NCBI GenBank assembly: GCA_021790235.1
Contig: JAJYID010000004.1
Coordinates: forward strand, 1 to 50,279
Reading direction: 5' to 3'
Source: a bacterium
GTDB lineage: Bacteria; Patescibacteriota; CPR2; UBA1875; JAJYID01
DNA length: 50,279 nt
Part shown: piece by piece, positions 1 to 6,519 of the stretch
How positions within the stretch are numbered: position 1 is the stretch's first letter
How the letters are laid out: each line of letters opens with the position of its first letter
Notes under the pieces: model-generated
What the model saw: the letters and a program-made list of their open reading frames with translations, nothing else
Told to the model about the DNA's origin: nothing
Databases searched by the model: none
Translations under genes and position numbers: made by a program

Positions 1-125
1 GTTAGGGAATTTAGTTTTTGTCCTGATTTTTACTAGATTCCTGAACTGAACAATCAGGTCTAAACTTGCTAAAGTTATGCGATTTTAACTTTCGGACGCG
101 GGATCATAACCCGCCAGCTCCACCA
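1..125 (+). ncRNA. ssrA: tmRNA (ssrA), 3' portion; the 5' end lies outside the window
   Basis: Positions 90-125 read TTTCGGACGCGGGATCATAACCCGCCAGCTCCACCA. This is the tmRNA T-arm, 3' acceptor strand and encoded CCA. From memory, E. coli ssrA ends TTTCGGACGCGGGTTCAACTCCCGCCAGCTCCACCA. smpB is in the same window. Confidence 0.8.
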
Positions 126-170
126 AAAAAGCAGCATTCATTTCTGATGGTGCTTTTTTGGTGGAGCTGG
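114..170. terminator. Bidirectional hairpin terminator whose outer stem is an inverted copy of the tmRNA 3' end
   Basis: A 20-bp perfect inverted repeat pairs CCAGCTCCACCAAAAAAGCA (114-133) with TGCTTTTTTGGTGGAGCTGG (151-170). The inner A-run/hairpin/T-run has terminator form on both strands. Confidence 0.6.
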
Positions 171-212
171 GTGCCGAATCCCTAATGAAATCGATTGAAT
201 ATTTAGTAAAAA

Positions 213-527
213 TTATTGTAAAGCCATTTGGAGTTCTTGATTTGCATGAGCTGGAATTTCGGCAGCCTGAGAGTGAATATCCCTGAGATCTTCTATAAGC
301 TTTGTTTTCAGAGCAGCAGTCTCCGTCTCATCCAGCCCTTCATATAATTTGTTTGGTATCTGTTTTACTTCCTCAAGAATAGTAGATGCTTGTTCATGAA
401 TGTCTTGACTTATCGCCGGCGCCAAAATTTCAGGATTAATTTCATCCATTCCCCTGGCTCCTCCCGGTGCAAAATCCGATTCTGCCTGATTTATATTATT
501 CGGCTCTTGGTTCACCTTCCCCTCCAA
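213..527 (-). CDS. hypothetical acidic protein (104 aa, non-ATG start in the ORF track)
   Basis: Open frame ending just upstream of the bidirectional hairpin. No motif recognised and the start is uncertain. Confidence 0.4.
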   Translation of the reverse strand: MEGKVNQEPNNINQAESDFAPGGARGMDEINPEILAPAISQDIHEQASTILEEVKQIPNKLYEGLDETETAALKTKLIEDLRDIHSQAAEIPAHANQELQMALQ

Positions 528-684
528 GTCCTAGACTTCTTCTAACCTTTGCCAGTTTTATTTTTTCGACTTTATCTATGTATTCAGCAATAATAATACT
601 TTGCTGTTTCTTGAGGCTAGCAATTTTGGTCAGGTATTTATGATGTATGTTTTCCAGTTTTTGTCTTTTGATATCAGTATCCAT
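496..684 (-). CDS. hypothetical small coiled-coil-like protein
   Basis: The ORF track gives 496..738. The first ATG (MDTDIKRQKLE...) is at 684. The sequence is charged and helical. No motif recognised. Confidence 0.4.
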   Translation of the reverse strand: MDTDIKRQKLENIHHKYLTKIASLKKQQSIIIAEYIDKVEKIKLAKVRRSLGLGGEGEPRAE

Positions 685-743
685 GGCGTATACTTTAACT
701 ATAAAAATAATATCCCAAACCAGATATAAAAACAACAAATCTT

Positions 744-1616
744 ATGACCGTAAAAAGTTCTCTCACGAAAGCGTATAAAATTCTTCAAGATGCAAAAGTT
801 TCCGAACCCGAAAAATCGGCTGACTTTTTGATGCGGCAGGTTTTGGGCTGGGATAAGGCGCAGCTAATTGCTCATTCCAGTCACAAACTAACCAATAGTC
901 AAGAGGAACAATTTCGTCAATTTATTGAACGGCGAGGCAAACATGAGCCAGTCTGGTATATTACGGGGTACATTGAGTTTTATGGACTGGATCTGGAAGT
1001 AAACCAGAACGTTTTAATACCGCGGCCGGAAACTGAACTGTTAGTAGAACAGGTGGTAAATAACATTAAACAACTAACAAAAAACAAAAAAGACTTGAGG
1101 ATTTTAGAGTTGGGTACCGGTTCGGGCGCTATCTCATTGGCTTTAGCTAAAAAAGTAAAAAATAAGAAGTTAAAAGTAAAAATTTTTACTTCGGATATTT
1201 CGGAAAAAGCTCTAAATATTGCAAAAGAAAACGCCAAAAGGTTAGGGTTTAAGGAAGAAATTGAATTTAGACAAGGTGATCTGACTGAACCTTGGAGGGG
1301 CGAAAAATTTGACTTTATAGTTGCCAATCTTCCATATATTCCGCACGAGGAGATGAAAACGCTGGCACTAGATATACATCACTGGGAACCGCGGATAGCG
1401 CTAGACGGAGGAAAGGCGGGACTTGAGATTTATGAAAGATTACTAGAACAGGCATGTGACCATTTAAACGTAAATTATCAAATGTTTTTGGAAATCGGGA
1501 TTGGTCAGGGCAAGGTAATTCGAAATCTGACGGCAAAATATTTACCCGGTTCGCAGGTTGAGATTAAAAGAGATTATAGCGATATTGATCGCATTGCTAT
1601 TATAAAAAACGGGTAA
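744..1616 (+). CDS. prmC: release-factor glutamine N5-methyltransferase (PrmC/HemK family)
   Basis: SAM-binding motif LELGTGSGAISLALA. Catalytic tetrapeptide position reads NLPY (canonical NPPY). HemK-like N-terminal helical domain and length. Confidence 0.85.
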   Translation: MTVKSSLTKAYKILQDAKVSEPEKSADFLMRQVLGWDKAQLIAHSSHKLTNSQEEQFRQFIERRGKHEPVWYITGYIEFYGLDLEVNQNVLIPRPETELLVEQVVNNIKQLTKNKKDLRILELGTGSGAISLALAKKVKNKKLKVKIFTSDISEKALNIAKENAKRLGFKEEIEFRQGDLTEPWRGEKFDFIVANLPYIPHEEMKTLALDIHHWEPRIALDGGKAGLEIYERLLEQACDHLNVNYQMFLEIGIGQGKVIRNLTAKYLPGSQVEIKRDYSDIDRIAIIKNG

Positions 1617-1632
1617 GGTTTATAATTGTCTT

Positions 1633-2325
1633 ATGAAAGAACAAATCAAGAAATATACAAATATAGATAAGACCTGGAGGAAAAAGCTCAACCAGGTTGA
1701 GGATATTTTGAAAAGTAATGAAAGCAATGCGGTTAAAGTAGATTTGATTAACAACATTCTTTCTGACATTACCGACAAATTGATAGATATCCATCATCAA
1801 GCTCTAACCGACGAGATGACCGGCTTTGTGAACCGCCATTTTCTGAATGAATTTTTAAAAAAAACAATGAGGATTAGTCTTCGTTATGGGTATAGTATGT
1901 CGCTGGCAATTATGGATATAGATTATTTTAAAAGTGTTAACGATATTTTCGGTCATAATGCTGGGGATAAAGTGATCAAAGTAATTGCTGAAATTATCAA
2001 AAAAGATATCCGCAATTCTGATGTAGTTTCGAGATATGGGGGGGATGAGTTTATTATTGTTTTTCCAACGACTAAGCTCACTGATGCGCAAAGGGTAATG
2101 GAAAGGATCAAACTGGCTGTTTATAAATATGATTTTGGTGATGGGATAAAGTCTAGCATCAGTTATGGTTTAGCTGACCTTCAAGGAAAACATAAACTCT
2201 TTGAGGACTTAATTAAAGATGCTGATGATAAACTATATAAGGCTAAAGAGAAAAGGATAGATCCGAATAAATCAGTTAGGAAAACAAGTTCTCTTAAGAA
2301 AATTATTTCCAAAACCAAGAAATGA
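1633..2325 (+). CDS. GGDEF-domain diguanylate cyclase (single domain with short helical N-terminus)
   Basis: Motif RYGGDEFIIVFP. An RxxD I-site (RNSD) lies 5 residues upstream of GGDEF. DIDYFKSVND metal-site motif present. Confidence 0.85.
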   Translation: MKEQIKKYTNIDKTWRKKLNQVEDILKSNESNAVKVDLINNILSDITDKLIDIHHQALTDEMTGFVNRHFLNEFLKKTMRISLRYGYSMSLAIMDIDYFKSVNDIFGHNAGDKVIKVIAEIIKKDIRNSDVVSRYGGDEFIIVFPTTKLTDAQRVMERIKLAVYKYDFGDGIKSSISYGLADLQGKHKLFEDLIKDADDKLYKAKEKRIDPNKSVRKTSSLKKIISKTKK

Positions 2326-2364
2326 TAAAGTTGTCCTTTTGTGTTAAAATGGTGGATGTTTCAA

Positions 2365-2437
2365 GGGCCCTTGGCTCAGTTGGTAGAGCGCATCCATGGC
2401 ATGGATGAGGTCACCGGTTCGATCCCGGTAGGGTCCA
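2365..2437 (+). tRNA. tRNA-Ala (anticodon GGC), CCA not encoded
   Basis: Manual cloverleaf: acceptor GGGCCCT/AGGGTCC with G3:U70, D-arm GCTC-AGTTGGTA-GAGC, anticodon arm CATCC-ATGGCAT-GGATG, T-arm ACCGG-TTCGATC-CCGGT, discriminator A. Confidence 0.9.
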
Positions 2438-2539
2438 AATAAAACCAGTTGATAAAATGCCTTTCTATAGGCATTTTATTTTTTGAAAATCCCAAAATAT
2501 CGTAACACCATACCGAAGTTCGAACTTTTGTGCTCAAAG
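2417..2539 (+). repeat. Repeat module copy A: tRNA-Ala T-loop/3' end, terminator hairpin and about 55 nt of downstream conserved sequence
   Basis: Aligns by eye with 3823-3940 (one indel of about 10 nt) and partly with 5011-5081. Contains the 12-nt perfect palindrome AAGTTCGAACTT at 2516-2527. Confidence 0.8.
2454..2484 (+). terminator. rho-independent terminator of tRNA-Ala
   Basis: AAAATGCCT-ttctat-AGGCATTTT followed by a T-run. Confidence 0.75.
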
Positions 2540-2556
2540 CCCAGGCGGGCTTTTTT
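2536..2556 (+). terminator. second short hairpin with T-run
   Basis: AGCCC-aggc-GGGCT followed by TTTTTT. Confidence 0.5.
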
Positions 2557-2569
2557 AATATTTCAATGG

Positions 2570-2598
2570 TTGATAAACTGTAAGAACTATGGTACTAT
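2570..2598 (+). promoter_or_regulatory. sigma70-like promoter for the HD operon
   Basis: TTGATA, 17-nt spacer, TACTAT. Lies about 50 nt upstream of the ATG at 2651. Confidence 0.45.
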
Positions 2599-2650
2599 TA
2601 CACCTCAGTACCTTCTATTCTAATAACCCGATCTCACAAGGAGAGATATC

Positions 2651-3259
2651 ATGTCGCGCCAACTCGAAAGTGGTTCGAGCACAATGGTTCAAATGGCCGA
2701 GGGGCAGTTTGCTCTTCAGTTAGTATCAATGTCACAAGCTTTACAGGATCTCCTTCCCAAGCACTTACAAATTATGGGTAAGTGGGCTGACAGGATACTC
2801 GGTATGTATCCCGACGCCAATCCTGAAGTTGTAAAAGTTGCAGTTTGGTTTCATGATATAGGTTATGTGGACTGCGAGGATTACGACAGGGACGACCACG
2901 CGGTTTATTCTGAGGTAAGGGCTATCCAGTTCTTGCGAGCCAATGATTATTCTCAGAACAAACTGGAGCAGGTGGCCCATTGCGTCAGAGCACACCGGTG
3001 CAAAGACGTTCAGCCGGAAACCATCGAGGCGAAGATCATCGCCGTTGCTGATTCGGCTAGTCATTTGACTGACTATGCCTACATCAATCTCACTCAGCTA
3101 GGCATCAAGGATTATGCAATGGAAAAGCTTGAGCGTGACTACAGGGACGTTGGACTTTTGCCCGAGGTCAAGCAAGAGCTTTCACCGCTCTACGAAGCAT
3201 GGAAACAGCTACTACCGCAATTCCCCGATTGGAAAATCACAGACATGGAAGGAGCGTAA
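2651..3259 (+). CDS. HD-superfamily metal-dependent phosphohydrolase
   Basis: WFHDIGY (HD dyad), then downstream His/Asp positions (DHAVYS, VRAHR, AVADSASH). SD AAGGAG upstream. Confidence 0.7.
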   Translation: MSRQLESGSSTMVQMAEGQFALQLVSMSQALQDLLPKHLQIMGKWADRILGMYPDANPEVVKVAVWFHDIGYVDCEDYDRDDHAVYSEVRAIQFLRANDYSQNKLEQVAHCVRAHRCKDVQPETIEAKIIAVADSASHLTDYAYINLTQLGIKDYAMEKLERDYRDVGLLPEVKQELSPLYEAWKQLLPQFPDWKITDMEGA

Positions 3260-3262
3260 AAA

Positions 3263-3655
3263 ATGCCTGACGACAACACAGTTAATCATAATCGTAATCT
3301 TTGTGGCAGACCTGATGTGCCGAATGACACGCCCAGGGAAGTCGTAGAGCAGAATCCGGCGCATTGTCTCTGCTGTGGCAGTGAGATGTATATAGCGGAA
3401 CTTTCCAGTCTGGGAATGCAACAAGCCGGCATGTATCGGCTAGTATGTCCGGATTGCCCGGGTAGATGGCGAGAACTGAAGCCATGCATATCGATGGACA
3501 AGGACACCAGGATCTGTAAGGACCCTGGAAATGTCCTCGAAGTAGAGTGCGTCGTCTGGGATCCTGTGGAAAACGTCTTATGTGGGGGCTACCAGCCAGA
3601 CGAGTATGTGGCGGTTCAGCCGAATAAACCAAGATTTCACTCATCGAGGAGGTGA
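3263..3655 (+). CDS. Cys-rich hypothetical protein with zinc-ribbon-like CxxC...CxxC
   Basis: CLCCGSE...(21 aa)...CPDC plus further Cys residues. SD AAGGAG 8 nt upstream. Starts 3 nt after the HD gene stop. Confidence 0.6.
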   Translation: MPDDNTVNHNRNLCGRPDVPNDTPREVVEQNPAHCLCCGSEMYIAELSSLGMQQAGMYRLVCPDCPGRWRELKPCISMDKDTRICKDPGNVLEVECVVWDPVENVLCGGYQPDEYVAVQPNKPRFHSSRR

Positions 3656-3660
3656 TTTAG

Positions 3661-3699
3661 ATGTCCGGTGGCGGAAACGGTGGTGGTGGCGGCAAGTAG
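3661..3699 (+). CDS. 12-codon Gly-rich ORF (MSGGGNGGGGGK)
   Basis: ATG 3661 is preceded by GAGGAGGTGA at optimal spacing, and TAG is at 3697-3699. A terminator lies 35 nt downstream. Below the size cut-off of the ORF track. Coding status unproven. Confidence 0.35.
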   Translation: MSGGGNGGGGGK

Positions 3700-3732
3700 G
3701 CTGCTAATTACAAGCGACTCAAGAGTCTGGAA

Positions 3733-3757
3733 AGACGACTCAGCGAGTCGTTTTTCC
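3733..3757 (+). terminator. rho-independent terminator of the HD operon
   Basis: GACGACTC-agc-GAGTCGT followed by TTTTT. Confidence 0.7.
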
Positions 3758-3767
3758 TTTGTTTGCA

Positions 3768-3940
3768 GGGATTAAGCTACAATCTTATTTACTACTTTTT
3801 CCAGTTGATTTAGTATATTTAAGTTCGAATAGCTTCCGGTTAGGACCAAAATAAACCAGTTGATAAAATGCCTTATTTATAGGCATTTTATTTTTGAAAT
3901 AACGTAAACCCTAACCGAAGTTCGAACTTTCGTGCTCAAG
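3768..3940 (+). repeat. Repeat module copy B (degenerate tRNA 3'-end remnant, terminator and conserved tail)
   Basis: GTTCGAATAGCTTCCGGTTAGGACCAAA resembles the tRNA T-loop/acceptor with a 6-nt insertion. Same ACCAGTTGATAAAATGCC...GGCATTTT hairpin. Palindrome AAGTTCGAACTT at 3918-3929. The upstream 55 nt is shared with copy C. Confidence 0.8.
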
Positions 3941-3968
3941 AAGAGTAAATTAACATGAGGTAGAATTG

Positions 3969-3977
3969 TGATATAAT
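3969..3977 (+). promoter_or_regulatory. extended -10 element (TGaTATAAT) 6 nt before the ATG, implying a leaderless mRNA
   Basis: TGATATAAT at 3969-3977 and ATG at 3984. No SD. Confidence 0.45.
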
Positions 3978-3983
3978 CGACTC

Positions 3984-4946
3984 ATGAATGAAAGAATGGA
4001 ATCGATCAAATTTGATGACAAAAAGGGTTTAGAGAATTTAAAAGAAACAGATAATTTTTATCTTGATCCTGAGCTTCAGAAAGAGCTAAGGGACCTGACG
4101 GTTGGAGACCCCGAAGTTTTAAGAGAGAATTCATCAAGAATTCTTAGTAACTTAAAAGGCTTGCGTGAAAAAGACCAGAAATTAGGATCGAACTTTCAAC
4201 TAAGTATTAATGATGCTCGCGAATATACCAATATTTTAAGGCCATGCCATGAGACTTCAGGTCAAGTATTACTGCAAATATTAGAAGATGGCAAATTTTT
4301 GCCTCAATATGAGGTAGCCAAGCAATACCCTGGGATAAAAAGCAGGACAACCGAAACTGATAAGGGAATTAACTCTGATTTGTCTGTATTTTGTACCTTC
4401 GATCTTTTCAGAGGGTTTGGAGGCAACAATTACTCAGTAATTTTCAAAAAGGAAATACTAGAGAAGCCGAGCTCTTATTTTAGTTTCAATGATATTGCGG
4501 CATTAATCCCGAATTATGATACAGCAAGTAGTTATCAAAGTAAGAGATATTTAGATGAATACAGAAAACGAGTTATCCCCGGAAAAGATGCCCCTGAGGT
4601 TCTAGCCGAGATAGCAGCTACCTTTAAAAACCGATATGAAGATTTTCATTCACATGTTTCTTGGAGCGATGAAATTTTTGAAAAGATAGGAATCCCAAAA
4701 AGTTCAGCAGCAAAAGCAGCAGGGCATATAAGTGACAGACCCGAAATTCATCTCCTAAGCCCAACAGTTGATGACATTGAAGCAGTAGTTATCAATGACT
4801 GGAAAGAGAAAGATGAGGTAGTTGAGAAGGAAGTCTTAAAGAAACTCAAAAAACTTGGAATACCTTTTAAATACTGTAGTGATATCGACGTAGAGGGACA
4901 AAAACTTCCCGAGACGTTCTTCAAAGAATTGGAGAAGCAACAGTAA
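3984..4946 (+). CDS. hypothetical protein (320 aa)
   Basis: Long uninterrupted ORF with its own promoter, followed by repeat module C. No confident domain. See the finding on a weak H/Y/E pattern. Confidence 0.65.
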   Translation: MNERMESIKFDDKKGLENLKETDNFYLDPELQKELRDLTVGDPEVLRENSSRILSNLKGLREKDQKLGSNFQLSINDAREYTNILRPCHETSGQVLLQILEDGKFLPQYEVAKQYPGIKSRTTETDKGINSDLSVFCTFDLFRGFGGNNYSVIFKKEILEKPSSYFSFNDIAALIPNYDTASSYQSKRYLDEYRKRVIPGKDAPEVLAEIAATFKNRYEDFHSHVSWSDEIFEKIGIPKSSAAKAAGHISDRPEIHLLSPTVDDIEAVVINDWKEKDEVVEKEVLKKLKKLGIPFKYCSDIDVEGQKLPETFFKELEKQQ

Positions 4947-4951
4947 AACCA

Positions 4952-5081
4952 AGGGACTGCTTAAGCAACAAGCCTATTTACTACTTTTTCAAGCTGATTT
5001 AAGACCAAAAGGTTCGAATAGCTACCGGTAAGGTCCAAACTTAACCAGTTGATAAAATGCCTTAACATAGGCATTTTTTTT
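4952..5081 (+). repeat. Repeat module copy C (degenerate tRNA 3'-end remnant and terminator)
   Basis: GGTTCGAATAGCTACCGGTAAGGTCCAAA followed by the AACCAGTTGATAAAATGCC...GGCATTTTTTTT hairpin. The 27-nt core TATTTACTACTTTTTCAAGCTGATTTA (4975-5001) matches 3786-3812 with 2 mismatches. Confidence 0.75.
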
Positions 5082-5190
5082 AATGTCAAAAACTTGACAG
5101 TATAGGAGATTCGTACTTTTAAGAAAAAATGTGCTTTTTTAAAATGCCTGGCAAAGTTGACATAAATATTATCTGTAGTATTATTTAAAT

Positions 5191-5535
5191 ATGTTAATGG
5201 AAAAGATTATTGAACAGTTTTCTAAAATGAATATTATCCGGAGTACAATTTTTGTACAGAGTGCCGCTGGTTACTGTCTCATAGTACTGAACCAACGTGA
5301 GAAGATTAACAAAATAAAGATGTCAGCCCGAGTTCAACTTTTGGGTTGGATGAATAAATTTTTAGGTGAACTTGACCTCTTGAAACAAGCAGGTAAAATA
5401 AAACAACTTACAGAGTATAACCTCGTTGGTATTGCAACTTCATTCAATATTGTTCAAGACTATTGTTCAGACTATGACGTTTTGCCTCGTTTAGACGACA
5501 AGTCGTTACCTATAGATAAATTTGTTGAGCAATAA
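5191..5535 (+). CDS. hypothetical protein (114 aa)
   Basis: ORF preceded by TTGACA...TATTAT promoter-like hexamers (5156-5183). No motif recognised. Confidence 0.5.
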   Translation: MLMEKIIEQFSKMNIIRSTIFVQSAAGYCLIVLNQREKINKIKMSARVQLLGWMNKFLGELDLLKQAGKIKQLTEYNLVGIATSFNIVQDYCSDYDVLPRLDDKSLPIDKFVEQ

Positions 5536-5536
5536 C

Positions 5537-6274
5537 ATGTCCGAAACATGTTTCACAGCAGTAAGGTACGACGATGGTGAGAAACTTTTGGATGTGGCAA
5601 ATGAGTTTTTTAAAAAATATGATTTGTCCCTTGTCGAAGAAAGAATAGGAAACCGTCGGGGGAAATATGCAAGATCTCCCAAACACTATAAGGATCTAGA
5701 AGAATATTACGAAATTCAAGAAAAACAAAGACGAGGCAAAGAACTTTCTTGGACTACAAATTTTTTGTTTTTTGGGAACCCAAGTGATAATTCTGGGTGG
5801 AAAATATTTCTTTACAACGAACCAGTGAGCCCACTACATGGTGTGAAGACCAATGAAAATTTTTCCAAACATGTGTCCTCAAAACTGAATGCAAAATGTA
5901 TAGATTATTCATACTATAGCGTTGTCGATCAGCTGAGATTAAGATGTTTTAGGGACGGAAAATTAACTGACGAGTTGTGCTTCATGTTTGATAATGGAGT
6001 AGATTTTGCATCCGGATTTTTTAAAAAATTTGAAGGAACTAAGGGGACAATAAAGGATTCATGGACGAACGAGCGTTTTGAGGGTAAAGAGGCAGAAGCA
6101 ATCGAAGCAAAACACAAGGAAATCTGGCAAGCTCAATACGATTTTCTAGACAAGGAAGGATTTAACATAGAAAAAATACAATGGGGTTATGATAGTGAAA
6201 CAAACCGGCGGCCAATGTATTTAAAGGGTGGTCCAAGCGCAATACAAAAATTTTTTGCTTCTCAGGCCTTTTAA
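5537..6274 (+). CDS. hypothetical protein (about 245 aa)
   Basis: The ORF track starts at 5522 (TTG). The ATG at 5537 lies 1 nt after the upstream stop. No motif recognised. Confidence 0.55.
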   Translation: MSETCFTAVRYDDGEKLLDVANEFFKKYDLSLVEERIGNRRGKYARSPKHYKDLEEYYEIQEKQRRGKELSWTTNFLFFGNPSDNSGWKIFLYNEPVSPLHGVKTNENFSKHVSSKLNAKCIDYSYYSVVDQLRLRCFRDGKLTDELCFMFDNGVDFASGFFKKFEGTKGTIKDSWTNERFEGKEAEAIEAKHKEIWQAQYDFLDKEGFNIEKIQWGYDSETNRRPMYLKGGPSAIQKFFASQAF

Positions 6275-6519
6275 TCCTTAGTTTAAGCGATTTTGTTCAG
6301 AGATTCTTCCAGCTTATCCAACAGGCTCAAGTTCGCATACTGTACACTTATGACCGCCAGAAACCTAATTTTCTTAATTTTTCTTTGCTGGTGCACTTTT
6401 AATGGTAGTGTTTTTGTGTTATAATTGAGTTCAAAATAAACAGCGGAGGGAGCTTTCGGCTGTTTTTGTTTGGGTGTACATTGAAAATGACATAATCTCA
6501 AAATCTTATTGAAAGCGAG

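Larger units (their letters stand above)
2438..5081 (+). mobile_element. tRNA-Ala-linked tandem cassette region (putative integrated elements; no recombinase gene seen)
   Basis: Cassettes are delimited by the three repeat modules. The first cassette is visibly GC-richer. The right boundary of the third cassette is undefined. Confidence 0.4.

Noticed and set aside
3114-3655. Six overlapping ORFs on both strands (3114..3347, 3212..3424, 3282..3644, 3286..3507 and others).
   Set aside because: These are shadows of the GC-rich, stop-poor region. Only 2651..3259 and 3263..3655 have an SD, tight spacing and sensible protein-like sequence.
3768-5039. Repeat modules B and C as functional tRNA genes.
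   Set aside because: Only the T-loop and acceptor 3' part is recognisable, and it carries a 6-nt insertion. No D-arm or anticodon arm can be folded, and the acceptor pairing is poor.
6283-6501. 72-aa minus-strand ORF between 5537..6274 and 6520..7560.
   Set aside because: The sequence is basic and low in complexity. There is no SD, and it would overlap the upstream region of the HTH gene. It is possibly real but unsupported.
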